DNA of 33,988 nt from Octopus bimaculoides (Eukaryota): NCBI RefSeq assembly GCF_001194135.2, contig NC_068985.1, positions 61,603,836 to 61,637,823 on the forward strand, in the 5' to 3' direction. This document shows positions 1-10,254 of the stretch, piece after piece. Numbering within the stretch: the first letter of the stretch is position 1; the number at the start of each line of letters is the position of its first letter. The notes under the pieces were generated by a model. It had not been told where the DNA came from, searched no databases, and saw only the letters and a list, made by a program, of their open reading frames with translations. A program made the position numbers and the translations under genes.

Positions 1-1
1 T

Positions 2-335
2 TCAAAATACAAAGACCTGGAAATAGAGATAACTCGAATGTGGAATCTAAAAACAGAAACAATTCCTATCATAGTAGGTGCCTTAGGTATAATAAAAAAA
101 TATTCAGACAAATACATAACAAAAACATCAGGACTCACAAATATATATAACATACAGAAAATTGCATTACTGGGTACTGCACACATTCTACGCAAAACAC
201 TTTCAGTACAGTAAACATAAGAGCACCACAGCAAACCGCAGCACATACCCAAGGCGCACAGAGCTGCGCTCGGTAGTGAAGTGAAAGCACGTTATAAAAA
301 TAAAACTACTGAACAATAATAATGATAATAATAAT
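2..335 (+). mobile_element. 3' end of an R4/Dong-like (restriction-like endonuclease) non-LTR retrotransposon, copy 1, with 3' UTR and (AAT)n tail
   Basis: Frame 2 (2-214) is open: SKYKDLEIEITRMWNLKTETIPIIVGALG...IQKIALLGTAHILRKTLSVQ*, the typical C-terminus of R4/Dong-type ORFs. It is followed by ~100 bp of UTR and an AAT-rich tail at 314-335. The ORF runs off the left edge, so the element may be intact upstream. Confidence 0.88.
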
Positions 336-348
336 CACATGTAAGTAA

Positions 349-1020
349 GTGTAGCAAACAAACGAAACTATCTCACATGTAAGTGTAGAAAACTGTTCCA
401 AAAGTGTTACAAAAGGAGACACGATAACTAAGTTTGACGAAGTTTGTTCACTGGAGTCTGTGTGAAAGGTACGTCCTGGAAAGAGCACAGAAGTGGTACG
501 AACATGAGAACAATTAATATAAGAGTTTGTAGGATTTTACAATCCAATGTGAATCCTTAATTGATACTCGGAGACCATACAATATTGTGGCTGATAAAAA
601 GAAAAAGGTAAGTAAGGTCATAAATATTGCCATGCTTGAGGATGCACGCGTAGGTGACAAAAAGCTAGAAAAGGTGGAAAAATACAAATTCTAGAAGACG
701 AAATTGCATGACTGTGCGCAATGAGGACAGTGACTGTTATCCCAGTAATTGTAGGGACACCCGGAGCAATAACAACCAAGTTCGAGAAATATGTCGGAGA
801 AACTGGAATTGATATGAGGGCTGAGTATGCCCCCCCCCAACTGCACTATTGGGGACAGCTAGGATTTTGAGATTGGTACTTCAGTGTTGAGTATCTTCCA
901 TGATACTTAGGATCCAAGTACCAGGTCTTATAATTTGTGAAAAGAACCCTGTGATCTCTGACAAAATCAATTAGAGCAAGTAAGACCGAGGGCTCTGAGA
1001 AGTAAAATATAATGATGATA
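349..1020 (+). mobile_element. Decayed 3' fragment of a second, diverged R4/Dong-like element (zinc knuckle + endonuclease)
   Basis: Manual translation with stops and frameshifts: ETISH..., KRRHDN, VHWSLCERY..KWYEHE, DFTIQC..TRRPYNIV.DKK, EKVEKY, VIPVIVG..G, ALLGTARILRLVLQC* (TGA 888-890). Ends in ATAATGATGATA at ~1009-1020. Confidence 0.85.
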
Positions 1021-1057
1021 TAGTCTTCTGTATGTGGTTTATGTATTATGTATTTTT

Positions 1058-2023
1058 TTACCTACCTTTAGCTGAAGGCAATATTGGTGGAAAGGAAATA
1101 TTATGCATGTAATTTGTATGCTTCGATGATGGAACTCCTTTTCTGTCAGAATGTGATTTTGGAAATTTGAAATTTCCATATTTCCCATTTAACCCATTTA
1201 ATATTTTTACTTTAGTCTTATATTTTCCATTTAATAGTTTTACTTTAGTCTTATATACTTTGCGTGTTTTAGCGACCGGTAACGTTTTGTTGTCAATAAT
1301 TATGGTTTGTTTCACAATAATCGTTGTAAAGGTTTTATCTTTTTTTCTTTTTTTAGCTGTTAAACCTAATGTGGATTTCATTTCTTTTAGGACGCTCTTT
1401 TTTAACTTTTCCTTCTTCTCCTTTTCTACGTCGTCTTCTACTTCCTCATCCTCTTCCTCTTTATCAGCCTCAAATTTTTCTTCATCTACCTCCTCTTCAT
1501 CATCATAAACATCCTTGTCTACATTGGACTTCTTACCTTGATATTTATACGATATAACTATTTTCGACATATTCTTACGATTGTCTTCATCATTACGAAC
1601 TGTTACATCCGTTTGTTTTCCTTTGATTAACTTAGCAATGGATTTTAACAAATTATTTCCCACATCTGAGACGTTATTATGCATTATATTACTAGTTTTA
1701 TTGCCATTTCCAGTTCTTACTATTTTAGTTTTCTTAGTCAAATTTCTTACTTGTGAAACTAATTTATCTATAGAGTCTTCATCGTGTAAAGTCTTCCTTT
1801 TTTGTCTCCAAAATTTAAGTTTATTTTGAGAATTCCCTAGAATAAATTTCCGCAGAAAAGATGTAAATGTCTCCGCAAATAATAATATCCTTTTATTCAA
1901 CGAAGAACTCGAGATATCCGTTTTATTGTCCACTTTGTAATGGGCGTTTGATGAAGGCAAGCAGCTCTGAGATACAAAACTGTTACACATCACAAAATAT
2001 ATTAAAAGCCAGATCGGTATCAT
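1058..2023 (-). CDS. Putative secreted Lys-rich protein with acidic central block (orphan, 321 aa)
   Basis: 966-bp stop-free ORF in AT-rich DNA. ATG context ACTAACA-ATG has A at -3. Hydrophobic N-terminus MIPIWLLIYFVMCNSFVSQS resembles a signal peptide. Contains a D/E block (21 of 30 residues), dibasic clusters and no TE motif. A TATA-like element lies ~170 bp upstream. The family is not recognised, and the 3' end may be spliced. Confidence 0.75.
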   Translation of the reverse strand: MIPIWLLIYFVMCNSFVSQSCLPSSNAHYKVDNKTDISSSSLNKRILLFAETFTSFLRKFILGNSQNKLKFWRQKRKTLHDEDSIDKLVSQVRNLTKKTKIVRTGNGNKTSNIMHNNVSDVGNNLLKSIAKLIKGKQTDVTVRNDEDNRKNMSKIVISYKYQGKKSNVDKDVYDDEEEVDEEKFEADKEEEDEEVEDDVEKEKKEKLKKSVLKEMKSTLGLTAKKRKKDKTFTTIIVKQTIIIDNKTLPVAKTRKVYKTKVKLLNGKYKTKVKILNGLNGKYGNFKFPKSHSDRKGVPSSKHTNYMHNISFPPILPSAKGR

Positions 2024-2190
2024 TGTTAGTATTTATGACTTTTTACAGTATCCCATCGAGATTGGCTTCAAGCTATCAGATTAAACAGGTCGACTAAATG
2101 ATTGACATGTTTTTGCTGTGATGTCATAGTACCATGACGCCAAAATCTCGTTACTTCACGAGATTTCGGAAGCCATGACAATTGATAGTG

Positions 2191-2198
2191 CTTATATA
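2191..2198 (-). promoter_or_regulatory. Candidate TATA box (TATATAAG) for the 321-aa gene
   Basis: Plus strand CTTATATA reads TATATAAG on minus, ~170 bp upstream of the ATG. In AT-rich DNA this could be chance. Confidence 0.3.
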
Positions 2199-2599
2199 CG
2201 TAAATATCTGAATGACTTCCACTTTTGCTAAAAGTAGAAATGGATATGAAATATTTTATAATTTTACGTACGAATAAAAGATAATTTAATATGATCCTAG
2301 CCCAAGTTTGAAACATACAACAATAGCAACAACGGCACCCCACCACTTTACAATAGAAATCTCAGCAATTAAGTAATCAGTAAATTAATATTCCACTCAC
2401 ACTTAATTCTCGAACAATTCCAATTAGCAGTGAGTTGCACTGAAGAATCAATTGAATGAAACACAACATTTAGCCTTGATAGAACTGTATATGCAAATAA
2501 AACTTTCTTATATATCTTTATTCTAAAATGGCGACATAATACTTTAAATTTTATGTCTGCAAAGTCTATGATTTTAAGTAAATATTCAGCCAAGATCTT

Positions 2600-3060
2600 T
2601 GAAGACTGAAGCGAAGAAGGGTATCGTGTAAACAGCGGTCGAATATGGGTCAGCCAGTCCTAAAAAGTGGACGAGTGCTTTTACGAAAGATGCTGGGTCC
2701 GTCAACGTCGTCGGTTGTAGTCGGTGGTAGTTTTCATAGTTGTCGGCTTCGGCTGATGTTAGCTGTTGCAGTTGCTGCTACTCGTGCCACAGCCTTCACG
2801 CCAACTAACCACTAACAAAACGCGATCGAAAGGAAATCAAGTTAATATTTCCGAACCTGAACTCGGAGAAGTCCTGTTTCGCGGTGGGAAGGCACCACGT
2901 TTGCGCGTTTCCGCTGTCGAGGTTGGTGGTCGAGCGAAGGAGTGGTAATGCAAACGAGCCGAGAGATATTGCTAGGTGCCCCGTAACGAGTATCTATTCG
3001 TCGTAAAGGCTCGTGTCTGTGGAACGTCTCATCCAAAGGTATGGATATGGTACCTGCAGA
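2600..3060. promoter_or_regulatory. CpG-rich island, possible non-coding first exon or promoter
   Basis: Visibly higher GC and many CpG dinucleotides relative to the flanks, no long ORF, and a donor-like AAG|GTATGG at 3039 on the plus strand. Confidence 0.35.
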
Positions 3061-4004
3061 GTACCATGTCTTCAGCTTTATACATTATCTTATTTTAATT
3101 AACCTCCTCTTCAATATTCCAACCAATATTCTCAACTGCTTTAATCAATAATCACTAATGAACTAAAGCATTATGAATGATAACATACAGGAAACGAAAT
3201 AACTAGCAAACGTGCTGTAACATCGAGTGGTAAGTAGCAATGATAAGATGCTACATATTCAAAATGAACATCAAGAAAGTCCAAAGCAAGAAATCTACTT
3301 CAAGAAATCCCTTAACAATTTCTGATCAAGAAACTGTCACGTTGTTCACAATCGGAACCAAACTAAAAGACCTCACTTAAAGTCATATTATAATTTCTTA
3401 TACTCTGCATTGTATGAAACAGAGAGCGTATCATTGTGGATTGTCTTTTTACAGTTTTCATGAATCAAACGAAACATTAGCATTTACTTTGGTGTCACTC
3501 GTGTTATTTCACATGTCAGATGGATGTTCTGTTTATATGATTTTATATCAAAGAAGCTACTTAAATAAATATCTTCCGTCAAACACATTGGTTAAATATA
3601 TGCGTCAAGGGGGTGGCTGAATGAAATAAAATAAAAAATAATAAAGCAGGTCTAATCTGTCAAAAGCCATCTTTGGGTGTGTTTACTTACATTAAAAAAA
3701 TCTTTGAAATATCCATTTATAAAAGAAAGCACATTAAATACATTCTCATTTTTTAGACTTTGTTACTGACGATAACAAAAATAAAATACTTTTATCTGAA
3801 TGATATAGCCAGGCTGTTTTATGTGTTCCATTAGCTCAATTGAAAACATCGTATTATGCTATTGCACTAGTATAAACAGAAATATTTATTGTTTATTTAA
3901 AGATGTACAAACTATTGCTCTCAGATTATTGTCGAATCATCACTTCAAGTGTTATAATTGTAGACACAAGACAGCTGATAGCATACGATATACTTACTGA
4001 TTTA

Positions 4005-4470
4005 TGTATATATACTAACTGGAAGTGTATATACAAATTGATGTATATACTTATAGATAGGCGGCGAACTGGCAGAAACGTTAGCACGCCGGGCGAAATG
4101 CTTAGCGGTATTTCATCTGTCTTTATGTTCTGAGTTCAAATTCCACCGAGGTCGACTTTGATTTTCATCTATTCGTGGTCGGTAAATTAAGTACCAGTTA
4201 CATACTGGGTCGATGTAATCGACTGGCCTCTTACCCAAAATATTTCGGGCCTTGTGCCAAGAGTAAAAGAAAAGAATGTATATGTGTGTATGTGTGTACT
4301 AACTGGATGTGTATATACTAACTGTTGTGGAGACTGACTGGTATGTATATTTATACTAACTAAAAATGTATATATTTAGTGACATATATACTTTGTGTAT
4401 ATGTACTAACTGAACTGTATATACTAACTGATATATAGACTAACTGATGTTTGTATATACAAACTGAAAG
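4005..4470. repeat. Degenerate minisatellite (GTATATACTAACTGA-like units) interrupted by a SINE
   Basis: Repeated TATATACTAACTG motifs on both sides of the 4059-4277 SINE. Confidence 0.6.
4059..4277 (+). mobile_element. tRNA-derived SINE, family 1, copy a
   Basis: A-box-like TGGCAGAAACGTTAGC, B-box-like GAGTTCAAATTCC, body with AATTAAGTACCAG...GGGTCGATGTAATCGACT and an A-rich tail. Aligns by eye with the copies at 4549-4759, 18914-19126 and 27943-28080. Confidence 0.88.
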
Positions 4471-4548
4471 ATAGATTAGTGAGGCCAACAGTCTGAACTG
4501 CTTCAAGTTTTAATTATGGTCGACAGCTCAAATAAAATAAAATATTAA

Positions 4549-4759
4549 TTTCAAATTTTGGCACAAAGACAGCAATTGCCGGTGAAGGGTAATGTCGATG
4601 ACACCGACCCCAGAACTCCACTGGTACTTATTTTATCGACTCCGGATGATGAAAGACAAAGTTGACCATTGCGAAATTTGAACTCAGAACGTGAAAATGG
4701 ACAAAATTCCGCTAAGCAAATTCCCCCGGAGGGCTAACGAATCTACCAACTCGTCGCCT
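4549..4759 (-). mobile_element. tRNA-derived SINE, family 1, copy b, with probable TSD
   Basis: The reverse complement matches copy a. Flanked by AAATAAAATAAAATATTAA (4530-4548) and AAATAAAATAAAACATTAA (4762-4780), one mismatch. Confidence 0.88.
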
Positions 4760-4869
4760 GAAAATAAAATAAAACATTAAACAATAAAAAAAAAGCCTTG
4801 GTTTGATATTAAAACTATCTGGAAATGCTTGTAAGTTTTTCTTTATACTTGAGAAATTACAGAAGTTGA

Positions 4870-5060
4870 AACAGTGTAAAATTAGTCAAAGCTGTTCCAG
4901 ATCATCCCAGATTAAAGGAGTTCCAAACATGACCATCCGTCAAATTTAATGCGAGACCACGTTGTCCATTGCGGTATTTCATTCTTTATTTGAAACTGTA
5001 ATATGTAATTGGATGGAGATTTGGTTGCTATTTATAGCGACCATTTAGAGGCTTCCTTAT
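4870..5060 (+). repeat. Old dispersed repeat (third family), related to 8990-9180
   Basis: Shares GACCATC and ATTTGG(C/T)TGCTAT..AGAGGCT blocks with the reverse complement of 8990-9180. Highly degenerate. Confidence 0.4.
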
Positions 5061-6401
5061 TGGCTATGAGTATAAGGACCTTGCTGCAATATTCCCATCT
5101 CCCAGTTTGGTTGAGTCAAGAAATATTTAGTGTCTTGGTGGATCCCCGACATGGTTATACGACTCTTTAGAAATAATAACCACTTCTTCAAATCCGGATC
5201 TTTTCAGTTTGGCTGCCAATTTTCGAAAATCCAAAGTTTATTGAAAATTTTAAAATTTGGTTTATTAATGTAGTTTTACAAGCTGAATCTCAGGAGATAT
5301 TTCACTTTTTCCAGAAATTGTTTAAAAAAAAGTTAATGAGGTTTAAATTTTGATGATTTTCACCCAGTCAGAAAACAGGATTTGGCAACTGTCATTTTGT
5401 GCATGACAGCACGAATTGTCAACTTTTTTATTTTTTGGAATTTTCAGAAAATTTTTGCGAATTTGGGATCTAGTCAAACTGATTCACAAAATAAACATTT
5501 TTTAAAAGGAAGTAAAAAAATCTGAAAATCTATAATAATGTAGTTTTCCAGTTTTATTGCTATGAAGGAATGATGTTGTGGAGAAAAAATTGGAGGAAAA
5601 AGTTACAGAGGTCTTAAATCGGAAAAAAGGACTGTATTTTTTAGCCAATAGCAAGACGACTAGATCCNNNNNNNNNNNNNNNNNNNNNNNNNNNNNNNNN
5701 NNNNNNNNNNNNNNNNNNNNNNNNNNNNNNNNNNNNNNNNNNNNNNNNNNNNNNNNNNNNNNNNNNNNNNNAGAATCTGATGTTATTTGGCAATAAAGTT
5801 GGGAAATTTGGGTAATTTTAGCCAATCAACAGACAGCGTGGCATTAGCAACTTGTTACCATAAACAACTGCATGCTGTGTTGTGGTTCACTGTTGTCTGT
5901 GCCGCTGTTGTCTATGTTGATTTTTCACACTTAACTCTTCACACCACGAGATTCTTTTCACCTACATGTTTTGTTTTAATTTTTCTGTGTTAGTATATTA
6001 CATATTTTTCTGTGCTTTTGTGTATTAGTATTATTTTTACATATTTTTTATTTCATATATTTTTGGGACTCATTGACTCAGATAGCTGGATTTATGATTT
6101 CACTAGGTTAATTCTGTTCATAAAAATTTTAATTAGGTGTATTTCTTAAACCGTTAGCTTCACATTTCAACAGCTTAACTGAAATTTAGCCCACGTAACA
6201 GGAACTGAGAGGAATATCATGGAACAGAGAAACTGTGGGTAATACAGATTATTTAACATTATTTTTGAATTCTGCATGCAAAAACATGAGATACAAGTAT
6301 TCTTCTCCTTGGGACAAATTCATTGTTGACCAGTGTTATTCTTATCGGAGATCACAAATCGAAGCATGAAAACGTTACTCAACTTTGGAGTTTTGGAGAC
6401 A

Positions 6402-6433
<32 letters not shown>

Positions 6434-7460
6434 NNNNNNNNNNNNNNNNNNNNNNNNNNNNNNNNNNNNNNNNNNNNNNNNNNNNNNNNNNNNNNNNNNN
6501 NNNNNNNNNNNNNNNNNNNNNNNNNNNNNNNNNNNNNNNNNNNNNNNNNNNNNNNNNNNNNNNNNNNNNNNNNNNNNNNNNNNNNNNNNNNNNNNNNNNN
6601 NNNNNNNNNNNNNNNNNNNNNNNNNNNNNNNNNNNNNNNNNNNNNNNNNNNNNNNNNNNNNNNNNNNNNNNNNNNNNNNNNNNNNNNNNNNNNNNNNNNN
6701 NNNNNNNNNNNNNNNNNNNNNNNNNNNNNNNNNNNNNNNNNNNNNNNNNTATATATATATATATATATAATATATTTTATTTTAAAATCCAAGGGAAATA
6801 ACCCATTCGCCTCTGGAAGGAATTCTTGTATATAGCACAAGGAAATAACCCATTTATTTGCCTAAATTATTTGGTAAAAATGAAATTGAGTATGCTTATT
6901 TCTTAGTATTTGAACTGTTAGAGTTATTTTCGCAATTTATCCAGTACAACCCTTAAACAAGTAAATAGCATTTTCCTAAACAATAGATTCACTTATTTCG
7001 GTTAGTGACTTATTCACGAATATGCCAACACTAGCGTCGCTGAGGGTAATAATCTCTGGGAACGCACAAAAGCCCTTTTCAGAGTTATTTACCTTGAATT
7101 GTTTATTATCTCATATCTGATTAACCTGTTATTACGTAACATGCTTCACGATTTTAGTATACATACCTTAGTAGTATTTCTTTCTATGTTCTATATACCC
7201 AGGGAATGCATTAAAGCCTTTTTCGGAGCTACTTTATTTGAATTCTTACTATCGGGTTACTAATTTCATGTTATTACATAACTGACTTCACAATTTGGGT
7301 ATTCATAACTTATTGAGAATTCCTAAAAACAAGATCCTGTGTAAGACATTTCGGTATTTTCAATAAATGCACAAAAACCGTTTTAAGGGCTACATACTTT
7401 GTACTGTTGTTATTGGATTAGCGAAACAATTATGAGAACGGAACCAAGAGATAAGCCCCG

Positions 7461-7493
7461 CTTTCCCGGGAATTACCGGGTACGTCAGTTAGT
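7461..7493 (+). mobile_element. Possible Helitron 3' terminus (GC hairpin + degenerate CTAG)
   Basis: CCCGG-GAATTA-CCGGG hairpin (7465-7480) followed 8 nt later by GTTAG|T. Resembles the hairpin-CTAG-T end of Helitrons with one change. Confidence 0.4.
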
Positions 7494-8274
7494 GAAAGCA
7501 TAAATATACATATAAATTTATATATGAATACATACATCCACATGCACTTATATATTAACGATGTACACAAATAAATGACAGGTATACATAATACTGAAAT
7601 ACGCATAAAGTAAACACATGCAGACAAATATATTAATATAACAAATTTGAAAAAATAATTAAACCACACAATCAAGGAAGAAACAAAAGAAACAGTAAGA
7701 TGTTACATGTTGATTTTATTAAGTATTTCTGTTTATTTATAAACCTACAAAGAACAGGTCAGACGCTAAGCTCTAAATTTCAAAGTTGACATCGCTCCGC
7801 TAAACACAGAGAATTTCTGTCTCGCTATTGGCTAAAATTGTACAGTCTTTTCGAGTTTTAAACCTCTGTGACTTTTTTTTCCATTTTTTTCCTCCACAAC
7901 ATCATACCTTCAAAGCGATAAGACTGGAAGGCTACATTGTTATAGCCGATTTTCAGATATTTTACTGTCTTTTAAAAAATGCATATTTTGCGAATGAAAA
8001 AAACTATATCCCATTATAACGAATATGAAATCTATTCGAGCAGGAATTGAAGAGATTGAAAATTGGCAGCCAAACAGAAAAAATCCTCAAATTCTATATA
8101 ATAGACAGTATCGTTTGGGTATGATGCGGGGTCACCGTATGGCTTGTGAAACGAAGGAGCTGCACATAACACAGGTCTAGGTAAGTTTATCTATTGGAAA
8201 CTAAAAGCTGTCCATGTCTGTTGTCCAAAAGAAGGCAAGGCCCGATATATCTTGGCACCACTACAATTATATTG

Positions 8275-8311
<37 letters not shown>

Positions 8312-8428
8312 GTACTACTACTACCACCACCACCACCACCACCACCACCACCACCACCACCACCACCACCACCACCACCACCACCACCACCACCACCACA
8401 ACCACCACTACCACCACTACTACTACTA
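8275..8428. repeat. Compound (ACT)n-(ACC)n-(ACT)n trinucleotide microsatellite
   Basis: Seen directly; explains the poly-T and poly-V ORFs. Confidence 0.97.
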
Positions 8429-8989
8429 GTGCTGCTGCTGCTAGTCTTTACTAGTACATTGCTACTATAAACATTCTATACCTTTATTAGCCTAGTCAGC
8501 CTCAACCAGTGACGTAGCAAGCATTTTCGGTGCCCAAGAGTGAGAGTGGGATGTGTGGGGTGTTGCGAGTGCAAGGACACTTTTATCGTTACCACCTTAA
8601 TTAACAGGTGTGATCAACGCGATGAAAATTTGTACCCTTCTTCTCGCCTGCACCCAGAAGGGAAGTTTTTCCCGAACCTCTTCTTGCAATTCTGTCAATT
8701 TCTCTTTCTCTGCCCTCAACTCCTGTTCCTTCTGTTAATTCCTTTACTCACTCAGTCTGTTCTCCCTCTTGTCGAGCAGGTTTAACACTGATACACTCGT
8801 TTAACCACATTCCTGTACTGACACATAGGAAGGAACAGCTTTCTCCACCTCTCTGTCTTCCCCCATTTTCATCACTCTTTTACCAAAATACTACACAACT
8901 TTCATACCCGCATCCCCATCTTTTATCATCTCCTTTTGAGCTCTTCTATTAGACACTGTTTTAGATTGAGCCACCGAGACAGCCTCAAG

Positions 8990-9180
8990 CTGGTTGCTCA
9001 ACCTTCCAGAGATAGCAGCCAAATTTTCCTGAAATCGAACTCAGCTGACTTAAACAGAGCTGACTTAAACAGATAATGTTATCCTAGACATCCTTAAAAG
9101 ACGAGATGGTTATGGCAAGAATGCTTTTGATCTTAGGTCTGTTTAATCAAGTTTGATCTGGGACTAAACAACAATAACTG
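8990..9180 (-). repeat. Old dispersed repeat (third family)
   Basis: Reverse complement shares blocks with 4870-5060. Contains a 15-bp tandem duplication AGCTGACTTAAACAG x2. Confidence 0.4.
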
Positions 9181-9761
9181 TTTCATATCTTCGGGGAAAG
9201 CCAGCAACCATTTCAAATCTTTCTCTTCCCTAATAGAAACAGCTACCGAATCACCCTTGAATTAAGTCTGAATGAAAAACAGGATGGTCACGGCCGGAGT
9301 GATGAATTTATATTTTACTTTTTGTAGTTTAGCTTCAGATCGACCTAAAAATTGCTCTAGATTCTATTTGATATTGCTGCTATTTCTAATAATTCAAGAG
9401 ATTACATAGAGACCACTTCATTGACCAGTATAGATTTAGTGACAAGTAAACGAGGATTGAACTGTAATAATGTATTGACATGTTTAATTATTTACTATTT
9501 TTTTTGAGAAGTATATATCCAGCATTGACAGGAAATAAGAGTGAATGGAATTCGAACACATGTCCTCATTATAGATAAGTCAATGTTAAAACTGCTATAC
9601 TAGTAATAAACTCTCAGATAAATATCTACTTCGCATTATCTGACGTGTGTGATGAGGTAATGTCCACTGTACTTGTCTGGTATTTTAATTTATTGAAAGG
9701 AGGAAACGTTAACCCAACCTCAACAATATTTGAACACACATCGTCAAAGGTTGTAACTAAG

Positions 9762-9801
<40 letters not shown>

Positions 9802-10114
9802 TTCTTGCACCGCCTTTTCTGGTATCTAACGCCTTTCCTGCTGAAATAATAATGGAAACATTCTGAAAATAGAATAAAGTAAACAGAACAAGAAAGATAG
9901 TTGAAAAGATGAAAAATGAAGTAAATACAATAAAATATGGATTGTATTAGAACTGGAGTTGAAATCTAAACCAGAAGGTGACTTGCGTCAAAGATTTTGA
10001 TATATGTATGTGCATGTGGGTGTTCATGTATGTATGTATGTACGTATGTATAATTTTCCTTTACGGTAAAACATTGCAAATAGCTGTTTTTATTAATTTT
10101 TGTATATATATATG

Positions 10115-10254
10115 TATTCTTTTATTCTTTTGTTTGCTTCAGTCATTTAACTGCGGCCATGCTGGAGCACCGCCTTTTAGTCTAACAGATCGGCCCCAGA
10201 GCTTATTCTTTGTAAGCCAAGTACTTATTCTATTGGTCTCTTTTGCCGAACCGC
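10115..10254 (-). mobile_element. 3' half of SINE family 2
   Basis: Reverse complement begins GCGGTTCGGCAAAAGAGACCAATAGAATAAGTA, matching the end of the 31869-32171 copy, and ends in an (AAAGAAT)n-like tail. Confidence 0.8.

Noticed and set aside
1167-1829. Plus-strand Ser/Phe-rich ORFs overlapping the 321-aa gene
   Set aside because: Antisense shadows of the Lys/Glu-rich minus-strand ORF.
4059-4145. tRNA-like A and B boxes (also at 18914 and 31869)
   Set aside because: No cloverleaf or acceptor stem can be formed, and they continue into repeated SINE bodies with tails and TSDs, so they are not tRNA genes.
8187-8454. Poly-Thr (mucin-like) and poly-Val ORFs
   Set aside because: Entirely explained by the (ACT)n/(ACC)n microsatellite.
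8610-8790. Minus-strand coiled-coil-like translation (QKEQELRAEKEKLTELQEEVREK)
   Set aside because: Interrupted by stops, driven by purine-rich composition, and no recognisable family.
9845-9862. AATAATGGAAACA resembling the Tc1 TIR core
   Set aside because: Too short and AT-rich, with no partner TIR or transposase sequence nearby.
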